Assembly: GCA_007693945.1 (NCBI GenBank) | Contig: RECP01000052.1 | Span: 88,594 to 152,593 of the forward strand | Direction of reading: 5' to 3' | From: Spirochaetaceae bacterium | GTDB taxonomy: Bacteria > Spirochaetota > Spirochaetia > DSM-27196 > PWMO01 | Length of the DNA: 64,000 nt | Shown: piece after piece, positions 43,992 to 53,634 of the stretch | How positions within the stretch are numbered: position 1 is the first letter of the stretch | Layout: each line of letters begins with the position of its first letter | Translations under genes and position numbers: made by a program | The notes under the pieces: model-generated | Databases searched by the model: none | Seen by the model: only the letters and a program-made list of their open reading frames with translations | Told to the model about the DNA's origin: nothing

Positions 43992-45552
43992 CCGTACTCG
44001 CAGCGGCATACCGCGCCAGCAGCACCGCAACCTCGTGCGGCAAATCCTCGGCAAGAAAGAACCCGCGATCAACGTACAGCCGCCGGCCGGCGCACTGGTG
44101 AAGCAGGACCGCAGCCTCAGCGGCTGCTGCGGCCGCCATCCCGCCGCCGAGCAGCGCAGCTACCATGCCGGCCAGGACATCCCCGCTGCCGGCGGTACCC
44201 AGCGCCGGGTTCATGCCGTCAACTACGGTCAACGCTCCCTCGGGTCGTGCAATGTAGTTCACGTGACCCTTAAGCACGATGACCGCGTTCAGGCGCCTGG
44301 CCCACCGCCGCAGAAGCGACGCAGGGTTTTGCGGCAGCCGCCCTCGCTCGATACCGCACAAATCCGCGAACTCGCCCGGATGCGGCGTCACTACCCAGCG
44401 CCCCCCGAGCCCGCCGCCGGCAGCCACAACCGCATTGAGCACCGCAACACCGTCGGCGTCAATGACGCCCGGGAGTCCCATCTTCAGCAGCGCCGCCAAC
44501 TGCCGCTCCCGCGCTGCTCCACGCCCCCATCCGGGACCAACCACAAGCGCCGTGGCGCCCGTCGGAACCGTTACCTCGTGCTCGGAGCGGGCCACCGTCA
44601 TCACCGATACCAGCTGCGGCGCAACCAGCGGGTAGACCGACTCATCCGCGTAGAGCCGTACCATTCCCGCTCCGCAGTACGCCGCGGCACGACTGCACAG
44701 TACCGCTGCTCCAACGGTGCCGTGCGCCCCGGCAAACACCGCCACCACACCGCGCTGATTCTTGTATGCCGAGGGCGAAAAGGGCGGCAGCAAGCCGGGC
44801 AACGCGCCTGCGTTACTCAGCAGCCACTGATCTCCGGCGCTCCCGTGCTCGCCGGCTGCCTGCAGCAGTGCGGGCGGAAAACCTATCGGCAACAGCTCGA
44901 TCTCACCGGCCAGTACGCGCGCGGCACGATAGTAGAGGCAGCGCTTTGGCAAGCCGATGGTGATCGTGGCGTGCGCGCGAACCGCCGGGAACCCCGCCTC
45001 GTACTCGTCCCCGATGCCGCTCGGGCAGTCAATCGCGACTACCGGCTGACGCGCACGGTTGATCGCCTCGACTACCGCGGCCGCATCTCCGCGCAGTTGC
45101 CCCTGGATGCCGGTGCCGGCAAGCCCGTCTACCACCCAGTCGGCGGCCGCGATGGCCTCGGCGGCCGCATCGGGCTGCGAACGCCACTCCAGGACCGTTA
45201 CGCCCAGTGCGCGGCAGGCACGCAGATGGCCGGCGCCCGGCTCATTCAGCTGGTCGCCCGTGATCAGCATGGTCGGAAGATATCGACCCTCAACCGCGCA
45301 GTGACGCGCCATTACCAGCGCGTCACCGCCGTTATTGCCTTTGCCGGCAACAAACAGAACTCGCAGCGCACTGCGGCGGCCGCAGGCCGGTCCGTCGGCC
45401 GGGACCAGATAACGGTCGCGCAGCAGCGCCCAGGCGCGTGCACCGGCGGTTTCCATTAGAACGATTCCCGGGATATGAAATTGCGATTGCGCCAGTTGGT
45501 CGATCTCGTTCATCCGGGAGGCTGTGACAAGCGGAATCGACCCCGGCTTCAT
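43975..45552 (-). CDS. nnr: Bifunctional NAD(P)H-hydrate repair enzyme Nnr (YjeF epimerase/dehydratase)
   Basis: The YjeF-N motif is GKGNNGGDALV and the C-terminal kinase-fold motif is GSGDVLAGMVAALL. ATG 45552 overlaps the upstream stop (ATGA). Confidence 0.85.
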   Translation of the reverse strand: MKPGSIPLVTASRMNEIDQLAQSQFHIPGIVLMETAGARAWALLRDRYLVPADGPACGRRSALRVLFVAGKGNNGGDALVMARHCAVEGRYLPTMLITGDQLNEPGAGHLRACRALGVTVLEWRSQPDAAAEAIAAADWVVDGLAGTGIQGQLRGDAAAVVEAINRARQPVVAIDCPSGIGDEYEAGFPAVRAHATITIGLPKRCLYYRAARVLAGEIELLPIGFPPALLQAAGEHGSAGDQWLLSNAGALPGLLPPFSPSAYKNQRGVVAVFAGAHGTVGAAVLCSRAAAYCGAGMVRLYADESVYPLVAPQLVSVMTVARSEHEVTVPTGATALVVGPGWGRGAARERQLAALLKMGLPGVIDADGVAVLNAVVAAGGGLGGRWVVTPHPGEFADLCGIERGRLPQNPASLLRRWARRLNAVIVLKGHVNYIARPEGALTVVDGMNPALGTAGSGDVLAGMVAALLGGGMAAAAAAEAAVLLHQCAGRRLYVDRGFFLAEDLPHEVAVLLARYAAASTDDSSE

Positions 45553-46790
45553 CGGCTCAAGTCTCCCACCAGTCGATCGCTGCGCCACCAGACCACGCGC
45601 GCGTGATCCTCAAATCCCAGCAGCGCACTGAGGACACCGCTTGAGCTGACGTGGTAGGTCTTGTAAAGGATTTCGCTGTCCTCAACGTGCAGGTTGCGCC
45701 TCCGGACCACCCGTCCGTCGGTGCGCATGATAAGCAGTTGGGTCTGGTCGTTGTCCTCACGCGACAGCAGAAAGAGGTGCTCCTTCGGCGCTACTCCCAC
45801 CAACTGGTACATGTACTCAACCTGCTGGCGATCAAACACACTCTGTCCGCTGATGGTCTGGGTATTGGCGGGAAGATTCACGTAGCCCTCGTAGCGTCCG
45901 GACTCCAGATCGAGCCAGAAGACCCTCGACAGTGTCTTGTCTATGCCGAAGCTCGCGCCGGTTTCGGGGTCCAGCGCCTGTTCGTAGTAGTCGAGCTTCA
46001 GGTAGAGCCGAGGGTATTCCCTGTCCGGCAGCACCGTTTCAAGAATCGCAATCACATCGCGATCCTGCGGAATCGGCAGCCGGTCCAGCGCAATCTCAAC
46101 GTTGTAGTAGAGGTCGCCCTCAGCGGTAAACCAGTACACCAGCCAGCTCCGCATGGTTCGACTCACCACCACAATCTCATCGCGCCCGGTGACTTCCAGC
46201 CGTTCTATATAGGGGAACGGCGTGCCGCCGATTCCTTCCTGGCCCAGGTAGTCTATCAGCTGTCCGCGCGAATCAAAGCGCAGCACTACCCTATTCAGAT
46301 TGACTCCCAGGTCGGCATCGAACACGGCGCGTTCATCACCGAGCATGTCTTCCACCAGGATGGTCTTGTTGGAGGTCACCCCGACCTCTCCCACCTGCGA
46401 GAAGTGATACGCATGAGCGCGACGGTTAGTCATGCGCCCCTCTACCACCGAAGCCTGCAGCAGCACCGGTCTCGGGTTCTCATCAGGGTCGTAGAGCAAG
46501 GAGATCAGATCACCATAGGAGCTGAACTCCATGACCTTGTTGGCACTGCCGTTGCTGATGAAGAAGAGTCCGTCGCTCATTGCGATGCGCGTCTTCTGAT
46601 TGAGCGGAGCACCCTCCATCTGGAACAGATCGATCTGGTCTTCGGCGCGCCCGATTGCCAGGCGAAAGAGGTCTTCGCGCTCCAGCGAAGCCACCCTCGC
46701 GCGCGCGCAGCCGCCCAGTACTGAGAGCAGCAGCAGTACCGGCAGCGCGTACATCAGAAACAGAGACAGCGTTTTACGGTGTGATTCCAT
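45549..46790 (-). CDS. Hypothetical lipoprotein
   Basis: ATG 46790 gives [28 protein letters not shown], which contains a lipobox. The first ATG of the ORF (46820) lies inside the predicted -10. The body is beta-rich and no family was recognised. Confidence 0.55.
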   Translation of the reverse strand: MESHRKTLSLFLMYALPVLLLLSVLGGCARARVASLEREDLFRLAIGRAEDQIDLFQMEGAPLNQKTRIAMSDGLFFISNGSANKVMEFSSYGDLISLLYDPDENPRPVLLQASVVEGRMTNRRAHAYHFSQVGEVGVTSNKTILVEDMLGDERAVFDADLGVNLNRVVLRFDSRGQLIDYLGQEGIGGTPFPYIERLEVTGRDEIVVVSRTMRSWLVYWFTAEGDLYYNVEIALDRLPIPQDRDVIAILETVLPDREYPRLYLKLDYYEQALDPETGASFGIDKTLSRVFWLDLESGRYEGYVNLPANTQTISGQSVFDRQQVEYMYQLVGVAPKEHLFLLSREDNDQTQLLIMRTDGRVVRRRNLHVEDSEILYKTYHVSSSGVLSALLGFEDHARVVWWRSDRLVGDLSR

Positions 46791-46818
46791 GGTACCCCGG
46801 GCCCTTGCGGCCCTCTTC

Positions 46819-46848
46819 ATACTACCTGTGCCCCGGCAGCGGTGTCAA
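46819..46848 (-). promoter_or_regulatory. Sigma70 promoter TTGACA-18-TAGTAT for the lipoprotein-nnr operon
   Basis: Read on the minus strand. Its -35 abuts the -35 of the divergent secA promoter. Confidence 0.5.
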
Positions 46849-46850
46849 TC

Positions 46851-46880
46851 TTGACCGCCTCCGAGTTTGCGAGCTACATT
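46851..46880 (+). promoter_or_regulatory. Sigma70 promoter TTGACC-18-TACATT placed 6 nt before the secA ATG
   Basis: The -10 lies at 46875..46880, followed by AGCAGG and then ATG 46887. This is the same leaderless geometry as at glgC. Confidence 0.5.
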
Positions 46881-46886
46881 AGCAGG

Positions 46887-49628
46887 ATGATACATCGCGT
46901 AATCGACGTCGTGTTTGGTTCCAAGGGAGAGAAAGATCTCAAGAGCCTGATACCGCTCCTGCACCAGATAAACACCCGCGAAGCGTGGGCTATGGGCCTG
47001 ACGGCCGAGCAGTTTCGGCAGCAGACCGAGGATTTCCGCCGCCGGGCCGCCGGGGAGGCGTCGCTGGACGAGATTCTGCCCGACGCCTTTGCGCTGGTGC
47101 GCGAAGCGGCTCGGCGCACCCTTGGCGAGCGGCTCTACGATGTGCAGATTCTCGGTGGCATCGTGCTGCACCAGGGCAAGATCATGGAGATGAAGACCGG
47201 CGAAGGCAAGACGGTCTCATCGGTTACCGCCGCCTACCTCAACACGCTGTCGGGCAACGGTGTTCACGTGGTCACCGTAAACGACTACCTCGCGCAGCGC
47301 GACGCGGATTGGATGCGCCCGGTGTTTGACTACCTGGGCGTCTCGGTCGGCGCGATTGTCTCTCAGATGGACAATGAACTGCGCAAGGAACAGTACAGCA
47401 AGGATATCACCTACGCCACCAACAACGAGCTCGGTTTCGACTATCTGCGCGACAACATGGCGTTTGATCCGGGCCGCAAGGTCCAGCGTGGGCACCACTT
47501 CTGCATTGTGGACGAGATCGACTCGATTCTGGTGGACGAGGCGCGGACACCGCTGATCATCTCCGGTATGGCCGAGGATGACGTGCGAAAGTACGTGGAG
47601 GTCAATCGCGTGATCGGTGAGTTGGTTGAATGTGCCAAGGACCCCGACACCGGAGACTACCCTGAAGAGCCGGATGGAGACTACCAGGTAGACGAGAAGG
47701 GCAAGCGCGTCACCTTCACCGACCAGGGACTCAACCATCTGGAGACCATCCTGCAGAGGCGGAAGATCATCAATACCTCGCTCTTCCTGGAAGAAAACTT
47801 CGAGTACATCCATCACGCCACTCAGGCGCTGCGCGCCCACCGGTTGTTCCGCAAGGACCAGGAGTACGTAGTGGCCGACGGCAAGGTAGAGATCGTCGAT
47901 GAGTTTACCGGGCGGATCCTGCACGGACGGCGCTATTCCGACGGTTTGCACCAGGCAATAGAGGCCAAAGAAGGTATTCGTATTGCCCAGCGCAACCGAA
48001 CGCTGGCGACAATCACCTTCCAGAACTTCTTCCGGATGTACGACAAGATCTCGGGAATGACCGGAACCGCGGAGACCGAGGCCAAGGAGTTCGGCAACAT
48101 CTATGGACTCGACGTGGTGGTGATCCCCACCAATCGACCGCTGGCACGGGCCGACGAGGATGACGTCATCTATCTGACGGAAGCCGACAAGTACGAGGCG
48201 ATCTGCAACGAGATCGAAGAGGTTCATCAGCGAGGTCAACCGACCCTCGTAGGCACCGTTTCAATCGAGCGCTCGGAGAAGCTCAGTAATCTGCTGCTGA
48301 AGCGTGGCATCCGGCACGAGGTGCTCAACGCCAAGAACCACGCACGTGAAGCAATGATCATTGCCGAAGCCGGCGCCAGGGGTGCGGTTACCATAGCAAC
48401 CAACATGGCCGGCCGCGGGACCGATATCAAGCTCGGCGGCAATCCGGAGTTTCGCGCACGCCGGCGAGCCGGGACCGATGCCACACGAGAGGAATACCGT
48501 GAGGTATTCGAGACGGAGTATACGACGTGGCGCGAACACTACCGCGAAGTCCAGGAGGCCGGCGGCCTCTACGTGCTTGGTACCGAACGCCATGAATCGC
48601 GGCGCATCGACAACCAGCTGCGCGGGCGTTCCGGCCGCCAGGGAGATCCCGGCAAGTCGCGTTTCTTCCTCTCGATGGATGACGACCTGATGCGGCTTTT
48701 CGGCCGAGGTTCCGCCAGTATCAAGAGTCTGATGGAACGCGGACTGCCCCCTGGAGAACCCCTCAATCATAAGCTGATCAACAAGAGCATCGAGCGCGCC
48801 CAAACCAAGGTCGAGGAACGCAACTACGAAATCCGCAAGCACCTTCTGGAGTACGATGACGTACTCAACGAGCAGCGCAAACTGATCTATCAGCAGCGCG
48901 ACGCGATTCTGTCCGACGACGATCTTTTCGAGCGCGTGCTGAACACCTCGCTCGACATCGTCGACGAGCTGCTGGCCGACTACGAACCGGACAAGAATAA
49001 CGACAGCGGTGCAATCCAGATGGTGCTGAACGAGCTCAAGGAGCGGCTGTTCTTCGTTCCCGAGACGCCTGTTGAGCAGCTGGCGGGACTACCCACCGCA
49101 CAGCTGAAGACAACGTTGCTGGAGGACATGCGTTCCGATCTGGTCCTCAAAGCCGAGACCGCCGGGCACGAACGGCTCAACATGGCCATCCGCTTCGAAT
49201 ACCTGCGCAATATCGACGGCCGCTGGCAGGATCACCTGGAAAACCTGGAGGCGCTGCGTGAGGCGGTCTATTTACGCAGCTACGCACAGAAGAATCCTCT
49301 GCTCGAGTACAAACTCGAAGGCTTCCAGATCTTCGATCAGCTGATCTACGACATCCGCGCCGCTATTGCCAGGAAGCTCTTTGCCGTGAAGGCTGAGAGC
49401 TTCCAGCAGGCCCCGCGTGTGGTGCGTGGACCGGCCAATGCAGTCGCGCAACACGCGGACATGCAGATGATCGGTGGCGGCGCGGCTCCCGCGGCGCAAT
49501 CCGGTGGCGTCGCGACCGCCACAATGCCGCAGCGCACCCAGGTGCAGCGAAATGTGCCCAAAGTCGGACGTAACGACCCGTGCCCGTGCGGAAGCGGCAG
49601 GAAGTATAAGTATTGTCACGGCAGGTAG
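46887..49628 (+). CDS. secA: Preprotein translocase ATPase SecA
   Basis: [52 protein letters not shown], and the C-terminal zinc finger [14 protein letters not shown]. Confidence 0.95.
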   Translation: MIHRVIDVVFGSKGEKDLKSLIPLLHQINTREAWAMGLTAEQFRQQTEDFRRRAAGEASLDEILPDAFALVREAARRTLGERLYDVQILGGIVLHQGKIMEMKTGEGKTVSSVTAAYLNTLSGNGVHVVTVNDYLAQRDADWMRPVFDYLGVSVGAIVSQMDNELRKEQYSKDITYATNNELGFDYLRDNMAFDPGRKVQRGHHFCIVDEIDSILVDEARTPLIISGMAEDDVRKYVEVNRVIGELVECAKDPDTGDYPEEPDGDYQVDEKGKRVTFTDQGLNHLETILQRRKIINTSLFLEENFEYIHHATQALRAHRLFRKDQEYVVADGKVEIVDEFTGRILHGRRYSDGLHQAIEAKEGIRIAQRNRTLATITFQNFFRMYDKISGMTGTAETEAKEFGNIYGLDVVVIPTNRPLARADEDDVIYLTEADKYEAICNEIEEVHQRGQPTLVGTVSIERSEKLSNLLLKRGIRHEVLNAKNHAREAMIIAEAGARGAVTIATNMAGRGTDIKLGGNPEFRARRRAGTDATREEYREVFETEYTTWREHYREVQEAGGLYVLGTERHESRRIDNQLRGRSGRQGDPGKSRFFLSMDDDLMRLFGRGSASIKSLMERGLPPGEPLNHKLINKSIERAQTKVEERNYEIRKHLLEYDDVLNEQRKLIYQQRDAILSDDDLFERVLNTSLDIVDELLADYEPDKNNDSGAIQMVLNELKERLFFVPETPVEQLAGLPTAQLKTTLLEDMRSDLVLKAETAGHERLNMAIRFEYLRNIDGRWQDHLENLEALREAVYLRSYAQKNPLLEYKLEGFQIFDQLIYDIRAAIARKLFAVKAESFQQAPRVVRGPANAVAQHADMQMIGGGAAPAAQSGGVATATMPQRTQVQRNVPKVGRNDPCPCGSGRKYKYCHGR

Positions 49629-49689
49629 GCGTATGAGCGTCATCGGGCCGCGCGGTCGGCGGCCTGCACCACGAATTACGGCTTACCCG

Positions 49690-49809
49690 TCACTTCTCAC
49701 TACTGTGAACACTGCCCGAAGCGCCTCGCGCCTCGGTCTCTATCGTATAGGCGTTGATAAAGGTGAAAAGGGCAAAAAGACAGATGATAATGATCGCCAC
49801 TCTTCTCAC
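49690..49809 (-). CDS. Unlisted small ORF, 39 aa, predicted single-pass membrane peptide
   Basis: Found by hand. GGAGGGG lies 6 nt upstream of GTG 49809. The translation is (M)RRVAIIIICLFALFTFINAYTIETEARGASGSVHSSEK with stop TGA at 49692..49690. It is below the ORF-track length cutoff. Confidence 0.35.
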   Translation of the reverse strand: MRRVAIIIICLFALFTFINAYTIETEARGASGSVHSSEK

Positions 49810-49880
49810 GACGTTCCCCTCCTGGACAATCCGATGTACTACGCGCAGACGTGTTTACATTGGGTGCGATCACCGCAAGT

Positions 49881-51170
49881 TTAGCGCAAATAGCGCATCG
49901 GGTCCACAAAAGACCCGTTCTTTATTATCGAAAAGTGCAGATGAGGGCCAGTGCTGCGTCCGGTATTGCCCATCACGCCAATATGCTGTCCCTGGCTGAC
50001 CAGTTGGCCGGGGCGGACCGTGTAGCTGTCAAGGTGCGCGTAGAGCGTCTGATAGCCTCCCTCATGGCGCAGGATCACGAACCGGCCATAGTTCCCCGGC
50101 TGGTTCTCGACGTGCACGACCCTGCCGGCCATTGCCGCCGTTACTGGTGTTCCAACTGCTGCCGCCAGATCGATGCCGTTATGGAAGCGGCGAATCCCGG
50201 TAAACGGATCGTTGCGCATCCCGTAGCCGGAAGTCAGTCGGCCGTTCGAAGGGTAGATGAACAGCCGTCCGAGAACGCGTTGCAGGTCGGTGTGGCTCAT
50301 GCGCGCGTCAGGCACGAACAGCGCCTGTCCGGCCGTAATTGTGGCTGAACTGAGGTCGTTGGCGTCGAGAAGAGCGTTGACGGTAGTGCCATACCGGCTC
50401 GCAATCGAGCTCAACGACTCTCCCCGGCCAACGGTGTGGAGCAGACCGTCGCGGTTGGGAATCTGCAGCGTGTTACCCGCCCGGATGCGCCGGGCGTCTG
50501 TTATCCGGTTGAAGCTGGCCAGCGTGTCGATACGCAATCCGTTGCGTGAGGCGATTCCCGAAAGGGTATCTCCTTCCGACAGCCGGTAGTCGCGAACCTG
50601 CAGGCGCTGGAATTGCACCGTGTCGATCCCTGACTCGACATCGTGTCCCCGAGCGTCCGCCGAGGGCGCCAGAACATCACGGAACAGCTGCTCACGAGCG
50701 GTGGCCTGGGGAGAAGTCAGGCGCAGTGCCGGTTGCGCCAGACGCATCAGCGCAGTGTCGGGAACCAGTACCGTTGAGAGCACCGATAGTGCAACGGCTA
50801 CGGCAGCGAACAGCGGTAACGGCGCGCGGTAATCCAGAACTACCAGCCCGTTACAGGCATCAGCAATTGCGCCGGCGGCGGCGGCCATCATTCGTGAGAC
50901 GCGCTCGAGGCGTCGCCCCCGCCGCGGTGCCAGCACGCCGCGCGGACGTGACTGGTACCGTTCGCTTACGCGTACTACCGGTACCCGCGCCGCGGCGGCA
51001 CTGCCGACAGCAGCCGCCCGCCACAACGGGGTTATTCGCAATCCGGGCGCCACGGAGCCGTCTCGCAGTGAAGCCCAGCTACGCGCCGCAACGGGTGCCG
51101 TTGGCGAAACCAAAGACGCACGGACCGCGCGTCTTCTCGATACCTTTTGATGCTGTATACTGCTGACCAT
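49881..51170 (-). CDS. LysM-domain M23 metallopeptidase (peptidoglycan endopeptidase)
   Basis: It has two LysM repeats (YRLSEGDTLSGIASRNGLRIDTL, HTVGRGESLSSIASRYGTTVNAL) and M23 motifs HNGIDLAA and GNTGRSTGPHLHFSI. Confidence 0.85.
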   Translation of the reverse strand: MVSSIQHQKVSRRRAVRASLVSPTAPVAARSWASLRDGSVAPGLRITPLWRAAAVGSAAAARVPVVRVSERYQSRPRGVLAPRRGRRLERVSRMMAAAAGAIADACNGLVVLDYRAPLPLFAAVAVALSVLSTVLVPDTALMRLAQPALRLTSPQATAREQLFRDVLAPSADARGHDVESGIDTVQFQRLQVRDYRLSEGDTLSGIASRNGLRIDTLASFNRITDARRIRAGNTLQIPNRDGLLHTVGRGESLSSIASRYGTTVNALLDANDLSSATITAGQALFVPDARMSHTDLQRVLGRLFIYPSNGRLTSGYGMRNDPFTGIRRFHNGIDLAAAVGTPVTAAMAGRVVHVENQPGNYGRFVILRHEGGYQTLYAHLDSYTVRPGQLVSQGQHIGVMGNTGRSTGPHLHFSIIKNGSFVDPMRYLR

Positions 51171-51217
51171 AACCTACTGTAGATATCGACACGATCTGAA
51201 GGGGGTTTTACCGCTTT

Positions 51218-51772
51218 ATGCCGCAGCGCACCGCCGACACCGGCAATAGCGAGTACGAACTGCCACTGCCGGTGCTTTTGGGCCCGGTTGTCGCTCTCCT
51301 GCTGTTACTGCTGTTCGGGATCGACGTGGCAGTGGTGCGCGGTGAATCGATGGCGCCTCTGCTACGCGATGGGCAGGTCGTGTTCGTCAATCAGGCCGCA
51401 TATGGTATCCAGGCCCCCTTTCTCAATTCTTACCTCTTTTTGTGGGACAAACCACGAAAAGATGATATTGTTGTGTTTGACAGTCCTGCGGACGGACGGC
51501 TGGCGGTGAAGCGCTGCGTTGCGGTCCCGGGTGACAGCATCGTGGTGGGTGACGCCGTTGTCGTTGCGGGAGGGGAAACGTACGACGTGTCGTTGCAGGT
51601 AGTGGACTCACTGCAGAATCTGGCAAGAATCCCCGATAATATGGTGTTTGTGGTTGGCGACAATCGCGGGCGATCGACCGATTCGCGCCATTACGGCTTG
51701 CTGCCGCTGCGCTCAATCCGCGGCAGGCTGCTGGCGCCGCGAAGCACGGTTCTTCAGGGGTTGTCGGAATAA
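51218..51772 (+). CDS. lepB: Signal peptidase I (S26)
   Basis: It has RGESMAPLL (catalytic Ser), VKRCVAVPGD (catalytic Lys) and GDNRGRSTDSRHYG. Confidence 0.8.
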   Translation: MPQRTADTGNSEYELPLPVLLGPVVALLLLLLFGIDVAVVRGESMAPLLRDGQVVFVNQAAYGIQAPFLNSYLFLWDKPRKDDIVVFDSPADGRLAVKRCVAVPGDSIVVGDAVVVAGGETYDVSLQVVDSLQNLARIPDNMVFVVGDNRGRSTDSRHYGLLPLRSIRGRLLAPRSTVLQGLSE

Positions 51773-53634
51773 TGCAGGACAGTCTGACTCGCAGGCGTTA
51801 TAAGATCGTTTTTGCGCTGCTGACGATGGTGGTAGCACTGATTTTCGGGCGGTTTGCATCGATCATGCTTGCCGCGCCGAGAGCCGCCGGAGCAGCCGCC
51901 GGCACCACGTTTAACCGCGAGCGCGGCGCGATCTACGACCGGCATGGGCGTGTACTGGCCCTGCAGACCGAATTGGACACGGTGACGGCGTGGACGCCGC
52001 ACATCCGCGATCTGCGGACCACCGCAACGCTGTTGGCCGACATCCTCGACCTCAATCAAGAAGAGCTGCTTGAACGCCTGCGCGGCAATACCGGTTTCCT
52101 GATCATCAAACGCACGGTGACGCCTACCGAGAGCAGGCAGGTGCGGCAGCTGATTTCAGCCGGCAACCTGCCGGGAATCCGGTTGGAACCCGACACCGGT
52201 CGCAGTTATCCCGAGCGTCACCTTGCCTCCCATCTTCTGGGATACGTCGGGGTCGACAACGTCGGACTCGATGGCATCGAATACAGCTACAATAGCCATC
52301 TTTTCTCCCCGGCGCTTGACAGCACGGGTTCCAGCGCAGGCAATCGGCTCTACCTCACTATCGATCTCACTATCCAGAGCGAACTCGAGCGTATGGCGCA
52401 GGTGTCGCTGGAGGAACAGAACGCAGATTCGGTCATCCTACTGGCCGTCGATGCCGCCAGCGGTGAATACCTGGCCTACGTATCGGTGCCCACCTTCGAT
52501 CCCAACACCTTTGACCAGTACAGTGCCGAGCTGCGCCGAAATCGCCCAATCTCGATGGTCTACGAACCGGGATCGGTGTTCAAAGTGTTCTCTGTAGCCA
52601 GTTTTCTCGAGCTCGGGGGACTCGGTCCGGGGGATGCCTTTCAGACCTCCGGAGGCTACGTCAGTCCCGACGGGAGCTTCACACTGCGCGACGTCGGGAA
52701 TTACGGACGACTTGACGCGGAGGGCATCATCAAGTATTCGAGCAACGTGGCGGCCGCCTACGCTTCGGAACAGGTTCAGGCAGACGCCTTCTACCACATG
52801 ATCAGGCGCTTCGGATTCGGCAGCCCTACCGATATCGGATTGAACGGCGAGGAGCGCGGCCTGTTGCGCGAACCCGCTCGCTGGTCGGCGCGCAGTAAAC
52901 AGACCATCTCGATTGGCCAGGAGATCGGCGTGACCGCCAATCAGATCGTTGCCGCCGCCACCGCCCTGGCCAACGACGGCGTCTTGCTGAAGCCGCACGT
53001 CGTGTCGCGAATTGTCGCCCCCGACGGGCGTATAGTTCGCCAGTTCGGCCGTGAACCGGTACGCGAGGTGATCTCGCCCCACACAGCGCGCACCCTGCTG
53101 GATTTCATGCGGGCCTCGACCGAGGACGGCGGCACGGCGCGGCGCATCAGGATCGAAGGGGTCGAGATCGCCGCCAAGACCGGCACCGCTGAAGTCTTTG
53201 ATCAGTCGCTCGGCAGCTATTCCCGCGACGCGTTTGTCGCTTCCACTCTGGCAATTCTTCCGGCCGAGTCCCCGCGGGTTATCCTCTACGCGGTGATCGT
53301 GCACCCGCGCGGCGAGAGCATTTACGGATCGCGCATCGCGGTACCGCTTGTTCGCGAGGCGGCGGAGTTCCTGATACCCTACCTCGGGATCCCCACCGCC
53401 CGTGACCAGATTGCCCGTCACAGCGGGAGAATTGCCGTTTCCACTCCGCAGCTGCCCGAGCTTACCGCCACCGTTCCCGACTATTCCGGGCTGCCGAAAC
53501 GCACGCTGCTTCCGCTGCTGCAGCGTGAGGACCTCAACGTAGATATCAGGGGCAGCGGCTGGGTGGTTCGACAGAGCCCCCCGCCGGGAAGCGCTGCCGA
53601 GCCGGGTATGACGCTGCGTCTGGACCTTGAATGA
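51772..53634 (+). CDS. Class B penicillin-binding protein (FtsI/PBP2-type transpeptidase with C-terminal PASTA)
   Basis: It carries the SxxK (SVFK), SxN (SSN) and KTG (KTGTAE) motifs. The C-terminal PASTA-like block is VPDYSGLPKRTLLPLL...VRQSPPPG. The ATG overlaps the lepB stop (TAATG). Confidence 0.85.
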   Translation: MQDSLTRRRYKIVFALLTMVVALIFGRFASIMLAAPRAAGAAAGTTFNRERGAIYDRHGRVLALQTELDTVTAWTPHIRDLRTTATLLADILDLNQEELLERLRGNTGFLIIKRTVTPTESRQVRQLISAGNLPGIRLEPDTGRSYPERHLASHLLGYVGVDNVGLDGIEYSYNSHLFSPALDSTGSSAGNRLYLTIDLTIQSELERMAQVSLEEQNADSVILLAVDAASGEYLAYVSVPTFDPNTFDQYSAELRRNRPISMVYEPGSVFKVFSVASFLELGGLGPGDAFQTSGGYVSPDGSFTLRDVGNYGRLDAEGIIKYSSNVAAAYASEQVQADAFYHMIRRFGFGSPTDIGLNGEERGLLREPARWSARSKQTISIGQEIGVTANQIVAAATALANDGVLLKPHVVSRIVAPDGRIVRQFGREPVREVISPHTARTLLDFMRASTEDGGTARRIRIEGVEIAAKTGTAEVFDQSLGSYSRDAFVASTLAILPAESPRVILYAVIVHPRGESIYGSRIAVPLVREAAEFLIPYLGIPTARDQIARHSGRIAVSTPQLPELTATVPDYSGLPKRTLLPLLQREDLNVDIRGSGWVVRQSPPPGSAAEPGMTLRLDLE

